From positions 320,001 through 384,000 of the forward strand of contig CANJVR010000001.1 of NCBI GenBank assembly GCA_947478395.1: a stretch of DNA of 64,000 nt, written 5' to 3'. The DNA comes from Opitutia bacterium (GTDB taxonomy: Bacteria > Verrucomicrobiota > Verrucomicrobiia > Opitutales > Opitutaceae). The position numbers were made by a program, and so were the translations under genes. How positions within the stretch are numbered: position 1 is the first letter of the stretch; every line of letters begins with the position of its first letter. Shown one piece after another: positions 19,137-28,716 of the stretch. The notes under the pieces are model-generated. The model saw only the letters and a program-made list of their open reading frames with translations. It was not told where the DNA came from and ran no database searches.

Positions 19137-19360
19137 AAAGCAGGGCAACACAGATGATTTCTTGACTGAAAAAACAGCCGGAAAGGCTCGGGTTTTGATA
19201 GTTAAGATTCGCCCGAACCGGCGGCGCGAGCACCAAAATATCCGCGACCGAACCATTACCTGGGACTCCTCCTTGAAGATTCAACCGATGGCCCTTCCGA
19301 GCCGCACTTCTTCCGGTTGCGAACTGAGCCCCGTCCTTTCCCACGCGTCTGGCTCTCCGA

Positions 19361-20632
19361 TCAGAGCCTGCGGCGCGCGGCCGTTTGTTCGAAATGCCGA
19401 CGCGCCTCGGGATGCGTTTCCATTAGGATGTCGTAGATGCGCTGCTTTTCGTCCGACTCCAGATAGGCATAACGGCCCGCCGAATCGGTGTCGCGCAGGG
19501 CAACGTAAAGGACTTCATAAATCTGATCTTTCATGGGCTCAGGCAGCGCCGCAAATGCCTCGGAATAGATCAGGTAACTGCACCGGTTTTTGAAAATGCG
19601 CCCGTCTAGCCTCAGGTCTTTGAGCGAATCGCCGGCCCGGTCGCGCTTGGCGTCGGCCAGAAAAACTTTCAGGAACGCCTCGTTCTTCACCACGCCCTCC
19701 GGCAAAACCGCGCCACGGCGAAAGAGGAGATGATCGACGACATCACTCTCTGACGCGTATTTCCCGAGACGGACGTTTTGGCCGACACGCGTGATGCTGT
19801 TATACATCGCCATTTGGTGCTCGAGAATAAGCAACCCCGCCATGTCGCTCGTGCCAGCAGGATAGCGCGAGGTGTCGAAAAACTCCGAGAGTTCGGCCGG
19901 GCGTTTCTCGCTCGCGGGCAGGACCGCGGCTTTGCCTTCGCCTGAACCGACGGCGTTGCCGCGGTGGTTTGGCTGGCCCGTGTACCCACTGACGTACCAA
20001 CCGCCCCAGCGTTTCTCGAACCGGATCGCATCGTCCACCAAATCGAAATCGGTGCGCGGGAGAAGTTCGCCGTCGGCGCCAGGAATACCCGTCAGCGCCA
20101 GCAGAACGGGGACGTCGCGCACGAAAAAGTAGCCGTGACAAAGCATGCAACTGGCATCGCGCACAAATCCTCGCGGCTCCGTCGCTGAGGTATTCGCATT
20201 GAAACGATAAAAGACCGGCCCGAGCTGGGGATCGATCACGGCCACCTCGATGTCTCCGCCCGGCACCCAACCGACGTAAACCGATTCCGAGAAATACAAC
20301 GCGCGCGGCGTCGCCGGGCTGATCAACGCTTTTTGGAGACTCGTCTTGGTAAAGACCAAGGTCTGCGTTTCCACCGGCACTCTCAAAGCGCGGAGCACGG
20401 CCAGCAGTAATTCTTTTCCGTTTTCTTTAAACGAGAGTTCGCCGGTTTCCAATCGGCGTTGCAGGCGGGTGACTGAGTTTTCCGAAGTCGCCTTCGAATA
20501 GTTGACGGGCGGCAGCTCGTAGTCCGGCACCGCCGCGCGTTGCGCGCGGGCCGCCGTCACGCCCAGAAAAAGCAGGAGAGTAAAAATTCGCACGAGCCGC
20601 GACGACGGGAGGGAGAAAGCAGATCGAGTCAT
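19361..20632 (-). CDS. Hypothetical secreted protein with one CxxCH heme-binding motif
   Basis: Signal peptide; 'CMLCHG'; 'RWGGWYVSG', 'FKNRCSYLIYS' segments. Confidence 0.65.
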   Translation of the reverse strand: MTRSAFSLPSSRLVRIFTLLLFLGVTAARAQRAAVPDYELPPVNYSKATSENSVTRLQRRLETGELSFKENGKELLLAVLRALRVPVETQTLVFTKTSLQKALISPATPRALYFSESVYVGWVPGGDIEVAVIDPQLGPVFYRFNANTSATEPRGFVRDASCMLCHGYFFVRDVPVLLALTGIPGADGELLPRTDFDLVDDAIRFEKRWGGWYVSGYTGQPNHRGNAVGSGEGKAAVLPASEKRPAELSEFFDTSRYPAGTSDMAGLLILEHQMAMYNSITRVGQNVRLGKYASESDVVDHLLFRRGAVLPEGVVKNEAFLKVFLADAKRDRAGDSLKDLRLDGRIFKNRCSYLIYSEAFAALPEPMKDQIYEVLYVALRDTDSAGRYAYLESDEKQRIYDILMETHPEARRHFEQTAARRRL

Positions 20633-20959
20633 GAAGCGCCGCGAACGCGACAGATGAAAACCAGACGATCGCACCGACGTGTCGAGCCTACTTCGCGCTA
20701 AGGTCGATCACGTGGGTTTCGTCGGACCCTGCCCTGCCGGGGCGCGACTCCTGAGCCGCTTTCAAATCGTAGAGACGGTGCCACGGCTCAATTGCGCTGG
20801 TGATGAGCGAGAGAAACGATGCGTGACGACACCTGAGGCTTTGATTTGGGCGTGGTCATTATCGTCGTCGCTTTGCCGGTTTTATATTTCGCGGCCCTGT
20901 TCATCGGAAAAATAGCCGAAGCGTTGGCCGGGCCCGCCGCCCGCCGGGTCCGTGAGATT

Positions 20960-22153
20960 TTATTTTCCGCCTGCGGCCAAACTCGCCGGGCCATTTTTAT
21001 GAAACAACAGCGGCAAGAATTCCGCCGCATGTTCCCGCCAGAGCGCGAAATGATGGTAGCCCTCGGTCGGACGCCAGGTGTGGTTGATGCCGAGCTTCGT
21101 CAGTGACTCGTCGAGTTCCTTCGAACTCGCGAAGAGACTGTCTTGCCGACCGCAAGCGAGATACAGGGCGTCAACTTTGGCATTGAAGCCCTTGGCGTCG
21201 CCATAGACCGCGGCTTTTTCCGTCGGCACCGCGCGCACCGCTCCCGCCGGACTAAACATCCCCGCGGCGGAAAACAGGTCCACGTGATTTGAAAACACGC
21301 GCATCGTAATGTCCCCGCCCATCGAGAGGCCCGCGATCGCGCGATTCTGGCGTCCGGCCGCAACCCGATATTTCGCTTCCACCGCGGGAATGACGTCCTT
21401 GAGCAAGTATTCCTCGAACACCACGGCGTTATTCCGCGCACCCGTGCCGCGCGAGCCCATCGGCAGCGCGTGGGCTAAGGGCAGCACAATGATCATTGGC
21501 TCGGCCTTTTTGTCGGCGATGAGATTGTCGGCGATGTAGTTGATATTACCGATATCGACCCACCCTTGCGGACGGTCGTTCGAACCGTGCAAAAGGTAGA
21601 GCACGGGATAACGGCGGTCGCGGTCCTGCGCATAACCGGGCGGCGTGTAGACTAGGAATGTTCGCGTTTCGGAAAGCACGACCGACTTCTGCGGATTCAC
21701 CTCAATCGCGCCGTGCGGAACGTCACGCGCGTCGCCGAGACCCGGGGTTGCGCCCGCGACGTCGAAGAAACTGCCCTGACCCTGCTGCCGCAGTTTCACC
21801 TGCGGATTGGCCGGATCGGCGATCGTCACTCCGTCGACCGTGAAATTATAAATATATTTGCTGGGAGCGAACGGCCCCAGCGTGAGGCTCCACACGCCCT
21901 TCTCGTCTTTCGTCAGTGCCTTCACGTCGTCGTGCCAGTCACCCTTCATCGTGACTGCAGTGGCTTTGGGCGCGGAGAGGCGGAATACCACGCGCCGGTC
22001 GGAAAGCACGTCGGGTGAAACCACCGTGCTCGAGGCGGCATTCGCCGCGGATGCCGCCGGCGTGCCCGGAGCCGCCGCCGAATTTTGGGCGGCAGAAAAA
22101 CGCGTAAGCGCGAGAAAAAGCGCGCCGATCAAGACGGATGTGGGATATTTCAT
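20960..22153 (-). CDS. Secreted esterase with N-terminal CBM48-like domain
   Basis: 'VVFRLSAPKA' beta-sandwich, 'YPVLYLLHG', 'RAIAGLSMGG'. Confidence 0.85.
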   Translation of the reverse strand: MKYPTSVLIGALFLALTRFSAAQNSAAAPGTPAASAANAASSTVVSPDVLSDRRVVFRLSAPKATAVTMKGDWHDDVKALTKDEKGVWSLTLGPFAPSKYIYNFTVDGVTIADPANPQVKLRQQGQGSFFDVAGATPGLGDARDVPHGAIEVNPQKSVVLSETRTFLVYTPPGYAQDRDRRYPVLYLLHGSNDRPQGWVDIGNINYIADNLIADKKAEPMIIVLPLAHALPMGSRGTGARNNAVVFEEYLLKDVIPAVEAKYRVAAGRQNRAIAGLSMGGDITMRVFSNHVDLFSAAGMFSPAGAVRAVPTEKAAVYGDAKGFNAKVDALYLACGRQDSLFASSKELDESLTKLGINHTWRPTEGYHHFALWREHAAEFLPLLFHKNGPASLAAGGK

Positions 22154-22484
22154 GGGGGATAAGCTGGCGCATTCACAACTCAACCGCGCGACCAACGCAC
22201 GGCCAAAATTCGGGCCAGCGCCAACGTTGGTCCCGCTCCGTCGCCTCGTCTGATCGCGGCCTGAAAGATGAACGGCCAGCCCAGCGAAACGCGATGCGCC
22301 ACGCCATCCCAGCCCCGTCCGGGCCACTCGCTCCGTTGTCTGCCGATGTCATCTCCCGCCCGTCGGTTCTAGATTCAAAAATTGGCCTGGGCCGACTGGC
22401 TTCCTTCCGTCCGGCTCGCGTTTCCGTGGCGGATTCGCGCGGGGCATCTTGCTCTTGCGGGGAGGACTGACCTAGCTCGAGCCC

Positions 22485-23024
22485 ATGAAACTTCTCCTTC
22501 GGTTCCTCGTCGTTGTGCTCGCCGCCACCTTTGCCCGGGCGGCCGATTCGTTGGATGAGATCAAACTGAAGGCCGAAAAAGGCGACGCCGGCGCTCAATA
22601 CGATTTGGGCGTGGCCTACGAAAGTGGCAAAGGCGCCGACAAGAACGCAGCGGAGGCGTTCAAGTGGTTACTCAAAGCCGCAGAGCAGGGTAATATTTCC
22701 GCCGAAGACAAGGTGGCCGTAATGTATGCCCATGGTACCGGCGTCACCATGGACGAGCCCGCCGCCATCCGTTGGTTTCTCAAGGCTGCGGCTGAGCGAG
22801 ATCCCGTGGCCCAGTACAATCTCGGTAACATGAATTACAAAGGTCACGGCGTGCCTAAAAATGAGGTTGAAGGTTGCGCGTGGTGGACGATCGCCGCCGC
22901 CAACGGCCATGCGCGTGCAGCGGAAAATCTCAAGAACGCCCAACAGACGATGACTCCAGCGCAGATCATGCAGGCCGCAGCGCTGGCCAAAGAGCGGATG
23001 GAGAAATATGGGGCGAAGAAGTGA
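22485..23024 (+). CDS. Sel1 repeat protein
   Basis: Repeats 'AQYDLGVAYESGKG', 'AQYNLGNMNYKGHGV'; signal peptide. Confidence 0.92.
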   Translation: MKLLLRFLVVVLAATFARAADSLDEIKLKAEKGDAGAQYDLGVAYESGKGADKNAAEAFKWLLKAAEQGNISAEDKVAVMYAHGTGVTMDEPAAIRWFLKAAAERDPVAQYNLGNMNYKGHGVPKNEVEGCAWWTIAAANGHARAAENLKNAQQTMTPAQIMQAAALAKERMEKYGAKK

Positions 23025-23137
23025 TCGGCCCACTTTGCGTGACACGACTCTAATTCATGCGTGCGAGCCCGAAGGGGCGATCGCGGGCAGTTCAACGTTG
23101 CCGACGTGATCGCGTCGGGGACAAAAAAGCATCCGCC

Positions 23138-24190
23138 ATGAAGATCCTCCCCGCGCTGCCGCGACTATATTTGTTGGTCTCGCTGTTGATGGCGCTCCAT
23201 TTGCCTGGAGCTGAGCCGCCCGCCGCCGCGGCTTCGCCGGCGGAAATTCCGCTTTGGCCCGACGGCGTTCCCAACGCCAAAACACCGGCGCGCGGCGAAA
23301 CCAGCAACAGCGGCAATTACCGCAACGTCAGCAATCCGCGCCTGTTGGTTTACGCGCCCCCGCCGGGCACGGCGAACGGCACCGCCTTCGTTTACAGTCC
23401 GGGCGGCGGGTATTCGCAAATCGCCGGTGCGGGCCCGAGCAGCATTACCCAATGGATGAATTCCCTGGGCGTCACCGTCTTCGTCCTGCTCTACCGACTG
23501 GAGGCGCCGGACTATCCGGCGGCGCTGCAGGACGCCGTGCAAGCCATGCGCGTCGTGCGCAGCCGCTCGAAGGAATTCGGCCTCGACCCCAAGCGCATCG
23601 GCGCCGGCGGCGGCTCTGCCGGCGCGCACCTGGCCGGCAGCCTCGGCGCTTTCTACAACGATCCCGTCGTCGCCAAGGTCGGCGGCCAGCTGGAAGCGCT
23701 CAGCGCCAAGCCCGATTTCCTCATCCTGTTTTTCCCGGTGGTGACCATGGACGTGCCGGCCGCGGAGCGCGGATCGCGCCATGCCCTGCTCGGCCCAAAT
23801 CCCCCCTCCGAGCTGGTCGATAAAATGTCGCTCGAAAAGCAGGTGACCAAGGACATGCCGCCGATTTTCCTCATTCACACGATGCAGGACACCACGGCTC
23901 CGGTGGAAAATTCGCTGCTGCTTTTTTCTGCGCTGCGCAAAGCCGGCGCGTCGGTGGAAATGCACATTTTTGAAAAAGGCGCGCACAGTTCGGGCCTCTA
24001 CGCGAATTTCGGCACCACCGCCACCTGGCCCACGCTCGCCGAGGAATGGATGCGCGCCCATGGCTGGCTGCCCGACTCGCCGACGTCACTCATGTATCGC
24101 GGCGCGACCGCTGTGGCCTCCCCGGCGCAAGGCCAGCCCATGCTCACCGTGCCCCGACACTATCAAGCACCCGCGCCCGCCGCGCCATGA
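23138..24190 (+). CDS. Secreted alpha/beta hydrolase (BD-FAE/acetyl esterase-like)
   Basis: 'PGGGY', 'GGSAGAHLA', 'PPIFLIHT..D', 'GAH'. Confidence 0.85.
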   Translation: MKILPALPRLYLLVSLLMALHLPGAEPPAAAASPAEIPLWPDGVPNAKTPARGETSNSGNYRNVSNPRLLVYAPPPGTANGTAFVYSPGGGYSQIAGAGPSSITQWMNSLGVTVFVLLYRLEAPDYPAALQDAVQAMRVVRSRSKEFGLDPKRIGAGGGSAGAHLAGSLGAFYNDPVVAKVGGQLEALSAKPDFLILFFPVVTMDVPAAERGSRHALLGPNPPSELVDKMSLEKQVTKDMPPIFLIHTMQDTTAPVENSLLLFSALRKAGASVEMHIFEKGAHSSGLYANFGTTATWPTLAEEWMRAHGWLPDSPTSLMYRGATAVASPAQGQPMLTVPRHYQAPAPAAP

Positions 24191-24230
24191 ACAGGAAGCG
24201 CGGAGGGGCTCCAGCCTGACCCGTCCGGGC

Positions 24231-24367
24231 CGCCGCAACAACCTTGCCGCCACCTGATCTGTCGTGCTCGATCGTGGCGGGCCGTCTTCGGCCCCGATAT
24301 AAAAGCGCCCGTCTTCCTTGAGGATCGCGCGCGTCAGAATTTCGAAGTCCAGATCGGCGAAGTGTAA
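24231..24367 (+). pseudogene. Relic 3' end of a paralog of the downstream hypothetical gene
   Basis: Translates, with one stop and one frameshift, to 'VVLDRGGP/FGPDIKAPVFLEDRARQNFEVQIGEV*', against 'VMLASGGPFFGTDTKTPVFLDDRERRNFEVKIGET' in 24422-25354. Confidence 0.75.
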
Positions 24368-24421
24368 GAAATCGTATCCGAGCGAAACGCCAAAACTTCC
24401 GCAGAGATAATCCCCGAAATC

Positions 24422-25354
24422 ATGAAACGTTCCGTTGTTCTCCTTATGCTCCTCGGCTCTTTGAGCCTCGCGGTTTCTCTCGCTCCGGCCGCGCCCCGCC
24501 CGGTTGGCCCCGAAGTCTTAGTGACGGCCGATGCCATCGCTGTTCCGGACGGTTTGCGCCCCAGCCGTGACAAACCGGTTTACTACGTCTTTGCCCAATC
24601 CTCGCTGTCCCTCGGCGAATCGATCGGCGGAACGAAGCTTCCTGATCCCGCCGTGATCGAGCGTACGGTCGTGGCCGAGCTCTCGAATCAGGGTTTCGTT
24701 CGAACCAAAGTCGGCGGACCGATGCCCTCGGTCGTGATCTTAGCGGTGTCGGGAGAGGCGAACTTCCGCGGCACTCCGGATGCGGACGATCTCGATATGT
24801 ACCGTTCCTTCGTTCTACCGGGCTCGCTTATTCTGATTCCCGACGAGATCGGGCCCACCGGTGTTTTCCTGCGCGTAGACGATGCGGCCGTAACAGATGA
24901 TACGGCTAAAAACCGGACCATCGAAAACCTGGCGCACGAGTACAAATACCGCTCAAGCCCTCGCTTCCTAGACCAAGCCAAAGTGGAAGTGCTCATGGGC
25001 ACTTCGAAGATGTTTTCCTCTAACTCCATCGACTCGTCCAACGGGCTGAAAGTCGCCGCCGCCTCGAATGAGGATCGCATCTTTATTAGTGTCTCGGCCT
25101 TCGAAGCCCAGGCGTTCGCCAAGAAAGAAAAACGCCTGCTCTGGCGCACAAGCATGTCCGTCGATTGGCGTCATGACTTTAACCGCACGCTTCCAGTCAT
25201 GCTCGCGAGCGGCGGACCGTTCTTTGGCACCGACACCAAAACTCCTGTCTTCCTCGACGACCGTGAACGGAGAAACTTCGAAGTGAAAATCGGCGAGACC
25301 ACGACCGTCCCAGACACGACTCGGCCCCGGCCGCAAGCCGGTCGCACGAACTGA
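24422..25354 (+). CDS. Hypothetical secreted protein
   Basis: Signal peptide; 310-aa ORF; 'LLWRTSMSV' segment; no recognised catalytic motif. Confidence 0.7.
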   Translation: MKRSVVLLMLLGSLSLAVSLAPAAPRPVGPEVLVTADAIAVPDGLRPSRDKPVYYVFAQSSLSLGESIGGTKLPDPAVIERTVVAELSNQGFVRTKVGGPMPSVVILAVSGEANFRGTPDADDLDMYRSFVLPGSLILIPDEIGPTGVFLRVDDAAVTDDTAKNRTIENLAHEYKYRSSPRFLDQAKVEVLMGTSKMFSSNSIDSSNGLKVAAASNEDRIFISVSAFEAQAFAKKEKRLLWRTSMSVDWRHDFNRTLPVMLASGGPFFGTDTKTPVFLDDRERRNFEVKIGETTTVPDTTRPRPQAGRTN

Positions 25355-25415
25355 TCTTTTCTACGATTCGAAGGCGTACGATTCGAAGGATTCAGCAACG
25401 GTCTTTCCGGGCCGC

Positions 25416-26360
25416 CTAACCGGCTATGATCGGCCCGTCATCCAGCCTTAAGTTTTTCAGGGAAGAAAAGCTGCGCGCTTCACCGGTAATCGGATCAGGA
25501 AAGGCCACCGACTTGGCGAGTAACTGCAGCGGCTTGGTGTAGTCGTCGCTGTTTTCCGGCCGATGCGTAGGGTAGATTTGATCGTGCTGAATCGGTATGC
25601 CCAACGCTGCGCAATGCGCCCGCAGTTGATGTTTGCGGCCCGTCACTGGCGACAGGCCGTAGCGCGCCCACTCGCCTCGAACCTCGATCAGCTCGATCCG
25701 TGTTTCGGAGTTGGGCTCCCCTTCCTCGAGGCGCACCTGCATAAAACGCTCCGGATTCTCCCCGAGCCGGCAACGGTAGGTCAGCGGCAACTTCAAATCC
25801 AGCCGCCACGGCGCGATGGCTTCGTAGCTTTTCCGGACCGCGCTCTGCAAAAAAAGATCCTGATAAGCCTTTCGCGTCTCGGGCTGCACCGTGAACACAA
25901 CCACGCCCGCCGTTTCGCGGTCGATGCGATGAATCGGCGCCAACCCATTGAGCCCCAGCCGACGTTTCAGCCGCACCAGCAGCGTCTCCTGTAAGTAACG
26001 CCCCGAGGGAATCACCGGCAAAAAATGCGGCTTGTCGGCCACGACCAAATACTCGTCCTGAAACAGCACCGTCTCCTCAAACGGGATGCGTGCCTCCGCC
26101 TCCAGCGCCCGATAATAGTAGACCCGCAACTGCGGCTCATAGCGCCGCCGCGCATCAACTGCCACGCCACGCGCATCAGTCACCTCACCTGTCCGCAAAC
26201 GCGCGTCCCACACCTCAGCTGAGATCGTCGAGAACCGCTCGACTAAAAACTCCGCAATGGTCCGCCACGCGCCTTCTGGCAGGACCACACTGCTCGGCCC
26301 GACCCCATCCCGCGTTGGCGGCGGAAGCAATTTTTGCGATGGGCGTTGAGTTTCTTTCAT
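25416..26360 (-). CDS. RluA family pseudouridine synthase
   Basis: 'VADKPHFLPV', catalytic 'HRIDRETAG', 'TGRKHQLRAH'. Confidence 0.9.
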   Translation of the reverse strand: MKETQRPSQKLLPPPTRDGVGPSSVVLPEGAWRTIAEFLVERFSTISAEVWDARLRTGEVTDARGVAVDARRRYEPQLRVYYYRALEAEARIPFEETVLFQDEYLVVADKPHFLPVIPSGRYLQETLLVRLKRRLGLNGLAPIHRIDRETAGVVVFTVQPETRKAYQDLFLQSAVRKSYEAIAPWRLDLKLPLTYRCRLGENPERFMQVRLEEGEPNSETRIELIEVRGEWARYGLSPVTGRKHQLRAHCAALGIPIQHDQIYPTHRPENSDDYTKPLQLLAKSVAFPDPITGEARSFSSLKNLRLDDGPIIAG

Positions 26361-26474
26361 CTCCACTTTTGCAGACTCTGAATCGTGACTTCCAGTGAGG
26401 TCTGCAACATTGCTAACGCTGCTGCCGATAATCTGCGGGCAAAGTCCCGCCTCTTTACGCAAGAGCTGCTCCCC

Positions 26475-27565
26475 CTAGAAGGGGTCAGGTTGCCCATTTC
26501 CCCCTCAGGCGCCGGAGTTCGTCCGGTTGTGGGCTTGCTCGCTTCATCGCCGTCGCAAGGCGGCTAACGTATTTGGCCCGGCCGAATTTCAGACGCTGCC
26601 CCAACCAAACGTTCGAGGCCTGCGTGCGTTCTTTTAGAAAGACTGCAATCGCCACTTTCCACGTCTCAGATTTCGGTCCGACCGCGAGTTCACTGTTACT
26701 TCGTTTTAAAATTTTGAGCGCGCGCCCACAGAGCTCCTCCCAAGCCTGTTCGCGAATCTCATTCGCACCCTGACTTTCCCAAGCGCGGGCCTGCGCCGCC
26801 ACGTTGTGATCTTTGATCAGCGCCGCTTTGAAGCCTGCGCTCCCAACCACCCAGCCTTTGCTGAGCGATGCGTAGGCTCTCGACTTTCCCACCGGGCCCT
26901 CTTCCGCCTGCCATGAGAGATAATCGCGATAACTCGCCCAGCCAGCCGGCGTGTCACTCACCCCACCCGCTTCAGCTAGTACGGTTTCAAACCGCATCCA
27001 AGGCGGACGGGACTTCGGCCTACCACCATACCAGAAGCTCGAATAGCGGTACTCATCCAAATGCTCAACTGCGACCACGCCGGCGCGCACCGGATTGAGG
27101 TGAATGTAGTGGCCGACCATTCCCAAAGGCGCGCCGTCTTCCACGAGCAGCGCCTTGTACCGGCCCTGAAAGAGATGACCGCGTTCGCCGCGCAGTCGAT
27201 TGAATCGATTGGCAAACGTGCCCTGCAACCAATGCATCCCAGCAACAAGATTCCCCAGCGGAGTTTCCACCGCGAGGTGGTAATGATTCCGCATGATCAC
27301 AAACGCGTGGAGCACCCACTCCGACTTCTCGCACGCTTCAAACAGACACCGTTCGAACGCCGCCTTTGCTCCAATCGTCTGAAAAATATCGCGGCGATAA
27401 TTGCCGCGGTTGATCACGTGATAGCAGGCACCGGGAAATTCCAAACGAAGTTTGCGTGGCATCCCTCCACCTCACTCGCCGCCCCTCGCCCAACACCAAC
27501 TTTCCCACGTGATTTCTCCGTTTCAGTTTCAGCGATGGGGAAATGGGCAACCTGACCCCTTCTAG
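26475..27565 (-). mobile_element. IS-like element: Y1 HUH transposase bounded by perfect 29-bp terminal inverted repeats
   Basis: CTAGAAGGGGTCAGGTTGCCCATTTCCCC at 26475-26503 and its exact reverse complement at 27537-27565; a third copy at 27738-27766. Confidence 0.8.
26485..27462 (-). CDS. REP-associated tyrosine transposase-like (Y1_Tnp, HUH) protein with C-terminal extension
   Basis: 'YHVINRGN', HUH 'MRNHYHL', 'GHLFQGRYK', catalytic Tyr in 'YIHLNPVRAG'. Confidence 0.9.
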   Translation of the reverse strand: MPRKLRLEFPGACYHVINRGNYRRDIFQTIGAKAAFERCLFEACEKSEWVLHAFVIMRNHYHLAVETPLGNLVAGMHWLQGTFANRFNRLRGERGHLFQGRYKALLVEDGAPLGMVGHYIHLNPVRAGVVAVEHLDEYRYSSFWYGGRPKSRPPWMRFETVLAEAGGVSDTPAGWASYRDYLSWQAEEGPVGKSRAYASLSKGWVVGSAGFKAALIKDHNVAAQARAWESQGANEIREQAWEELCGRALKILKRSNSELAVGPKSETWKVAIAVFLKERTQASNVWLGQRLKFGRAKYVSRLATAMKRASPQPDELRRLRGKWAT

Positions 27566-27769
27566 GCTGCTCCAATCGTCTGAAAAATATCGCGGCGATA
27601 ATTGCCGCGGTTGATCACGTGATAGCAGGCACCGGGAAATTCTAAACGAAGTTTGCGTGGCATCCCTCCACCTCACTCGCCGCCCCTCGCCCAACACCAA
27701 CTTTCCCGCGCGATTTCTCCGTTTCAGTTTCAGCGATGGGGAAATGGGCAACCTGACCCCTTCTAGGCT
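27368..27769. repeat. Tandem duplication, 2 x 201 bp, of the transposase 5' end, upstream region and terminal repeat
   Basis: Units 27368-27568 and 27569-27769 differ at 3 positions by my reading. Confidence 0.92.
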
Positions 27770-27847
27770 GCCTCTTCACTTTCCCGGACACCGTTGGGAT
27801 TGGTGGATTGGTGGGTCCCGTCGGCTTGGTCGCCCCTTCGGCTCGGC

Positions 27848-28636
27848 CTATCTCGAGAATTGAGGAGGTTCGATGACAAAAACTTTTCGTATATTGTCGA
27901 TTCTAAACCCCTTCTCAAAATGCATATCCACCAACCGACGCTTAGAGTCCCACACCAACACAGCCTTCTTGCCCCATTTCATGAGAATGGTTTCTCTAAA
28001 TGCTCCATCCGGGAGCGCCATTTCTATTCTATTAAGGACAAGGCTGGGATCAATTTCCACCGAATATTCTTCAAGTGCGTATGGCAGCTTATGATCAAGT
28101 ATGTTGCCGTTTTTATCGATAATATAATATCCGATCGATCCGTTTGCCAGCTCCTGTTCAATATGAAGATTGTCTCCCTCTAAAAAATATCGAATCGTAT
28201 AGCCATCAATTTTCTTTTCATAACAACCGTTCTGCTTAATAGTTTCTCGATTTCCAGCTGTTTCAGCCTCCCACTTGTTATCACCCGATAACTGCTTATT
28301 CAAACGTTCCCCTGCATTTGTCTCAGCTCGCGTTTTCCAGCGCTCAAGGACTTCTACCGAGTATCTAGAGGAATCCGAATCGATCAGTTTCGCACAAGTT
28401 TGGCAGAGCCAAATCCCATTTCCAATCCCACTACGCTCATTTGCACCTAGATTTGCATTGAATCTTGGTCCATTCGGCGAGGCAGCCGTGATATGGGCTG
28501 CGACACCGAGGTTTGTAACCGATGCGGGATCAGTGTGCGGCCCGACGGTGGCCATCAAACAATCCGGATTGGAACAAAGAAAACCAACACGCCTGCCTAG
28601 AGCGTCTTTTATCTTGGTCGGGAAGTCGTCTCTCAT
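27848..28636 (-). CDS. Protein with N-terminal Zn-binding HNH-like domain and unknown C-terminal domain
   Basis: 'CSNPDC', 'AAHITAASPNGPRF', 'NGIWLCQTCAKLID'; DNA visibly AT-richer than the flanks. Confidence 0.7.
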   Translation of the reverse strand: MRDDFPTKIKDALGRRVGFLCSNPDCLMATVGPHTDPASVTNLGVAAHITAASPNGPRFNANLGANERSGIGNGIWLCQTCAKLIDSDSSRYSVEVLERWKTRAETNAGERLNKQLSGDNKWEAETAGNRETIKQNGCYEKKIDGYTIRYFLEGDNLHIEQELANGSIGYYIIDKNGNILDHKLPYALEEYSVEIDPSLVLNRIEMALPDGAFRETILMKWGKKAVLVWDSKRRLVDMHFEKGFRIDNIRKVFVIEPPQFSR

Positions 28637-28716
28637 AGAACTACAAAGAAGATATTACACAAGGTTCTGAGCCCGCGTCGCAGCACCTCGATACCATATT
28701 GAATTAAGAAGCGAGT

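Noticed and set aside
20846..21106. Small hydrophobic ORF converging on the esterase
   Set aside because: Weak TTG start, overlaps the esterase 3' end by about 150 bp, and no other support; may be a relic
25361..25390. Short direct repeat TACGATTCGAAGG x2 between convergent genes
   Set aside because: Only two copies; no function can be supported
27338..27751. 137-aa ORF with an internal repeat
   Set aside because: By-product of the in-frame 201-bp duplication read in an alternative frame
27368..27769. Repeats considered as a CRISPR array
   Set aside because: The sequence between repeats is itself duplicated, there are no unique spacers and no cas genes
27770..28716. Integron attC sites around the AT-richer cassette genes
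   Set aside because: No RYYYAAC...GTTRRRY bounded palindromes found in the spacers and no integrase in the window
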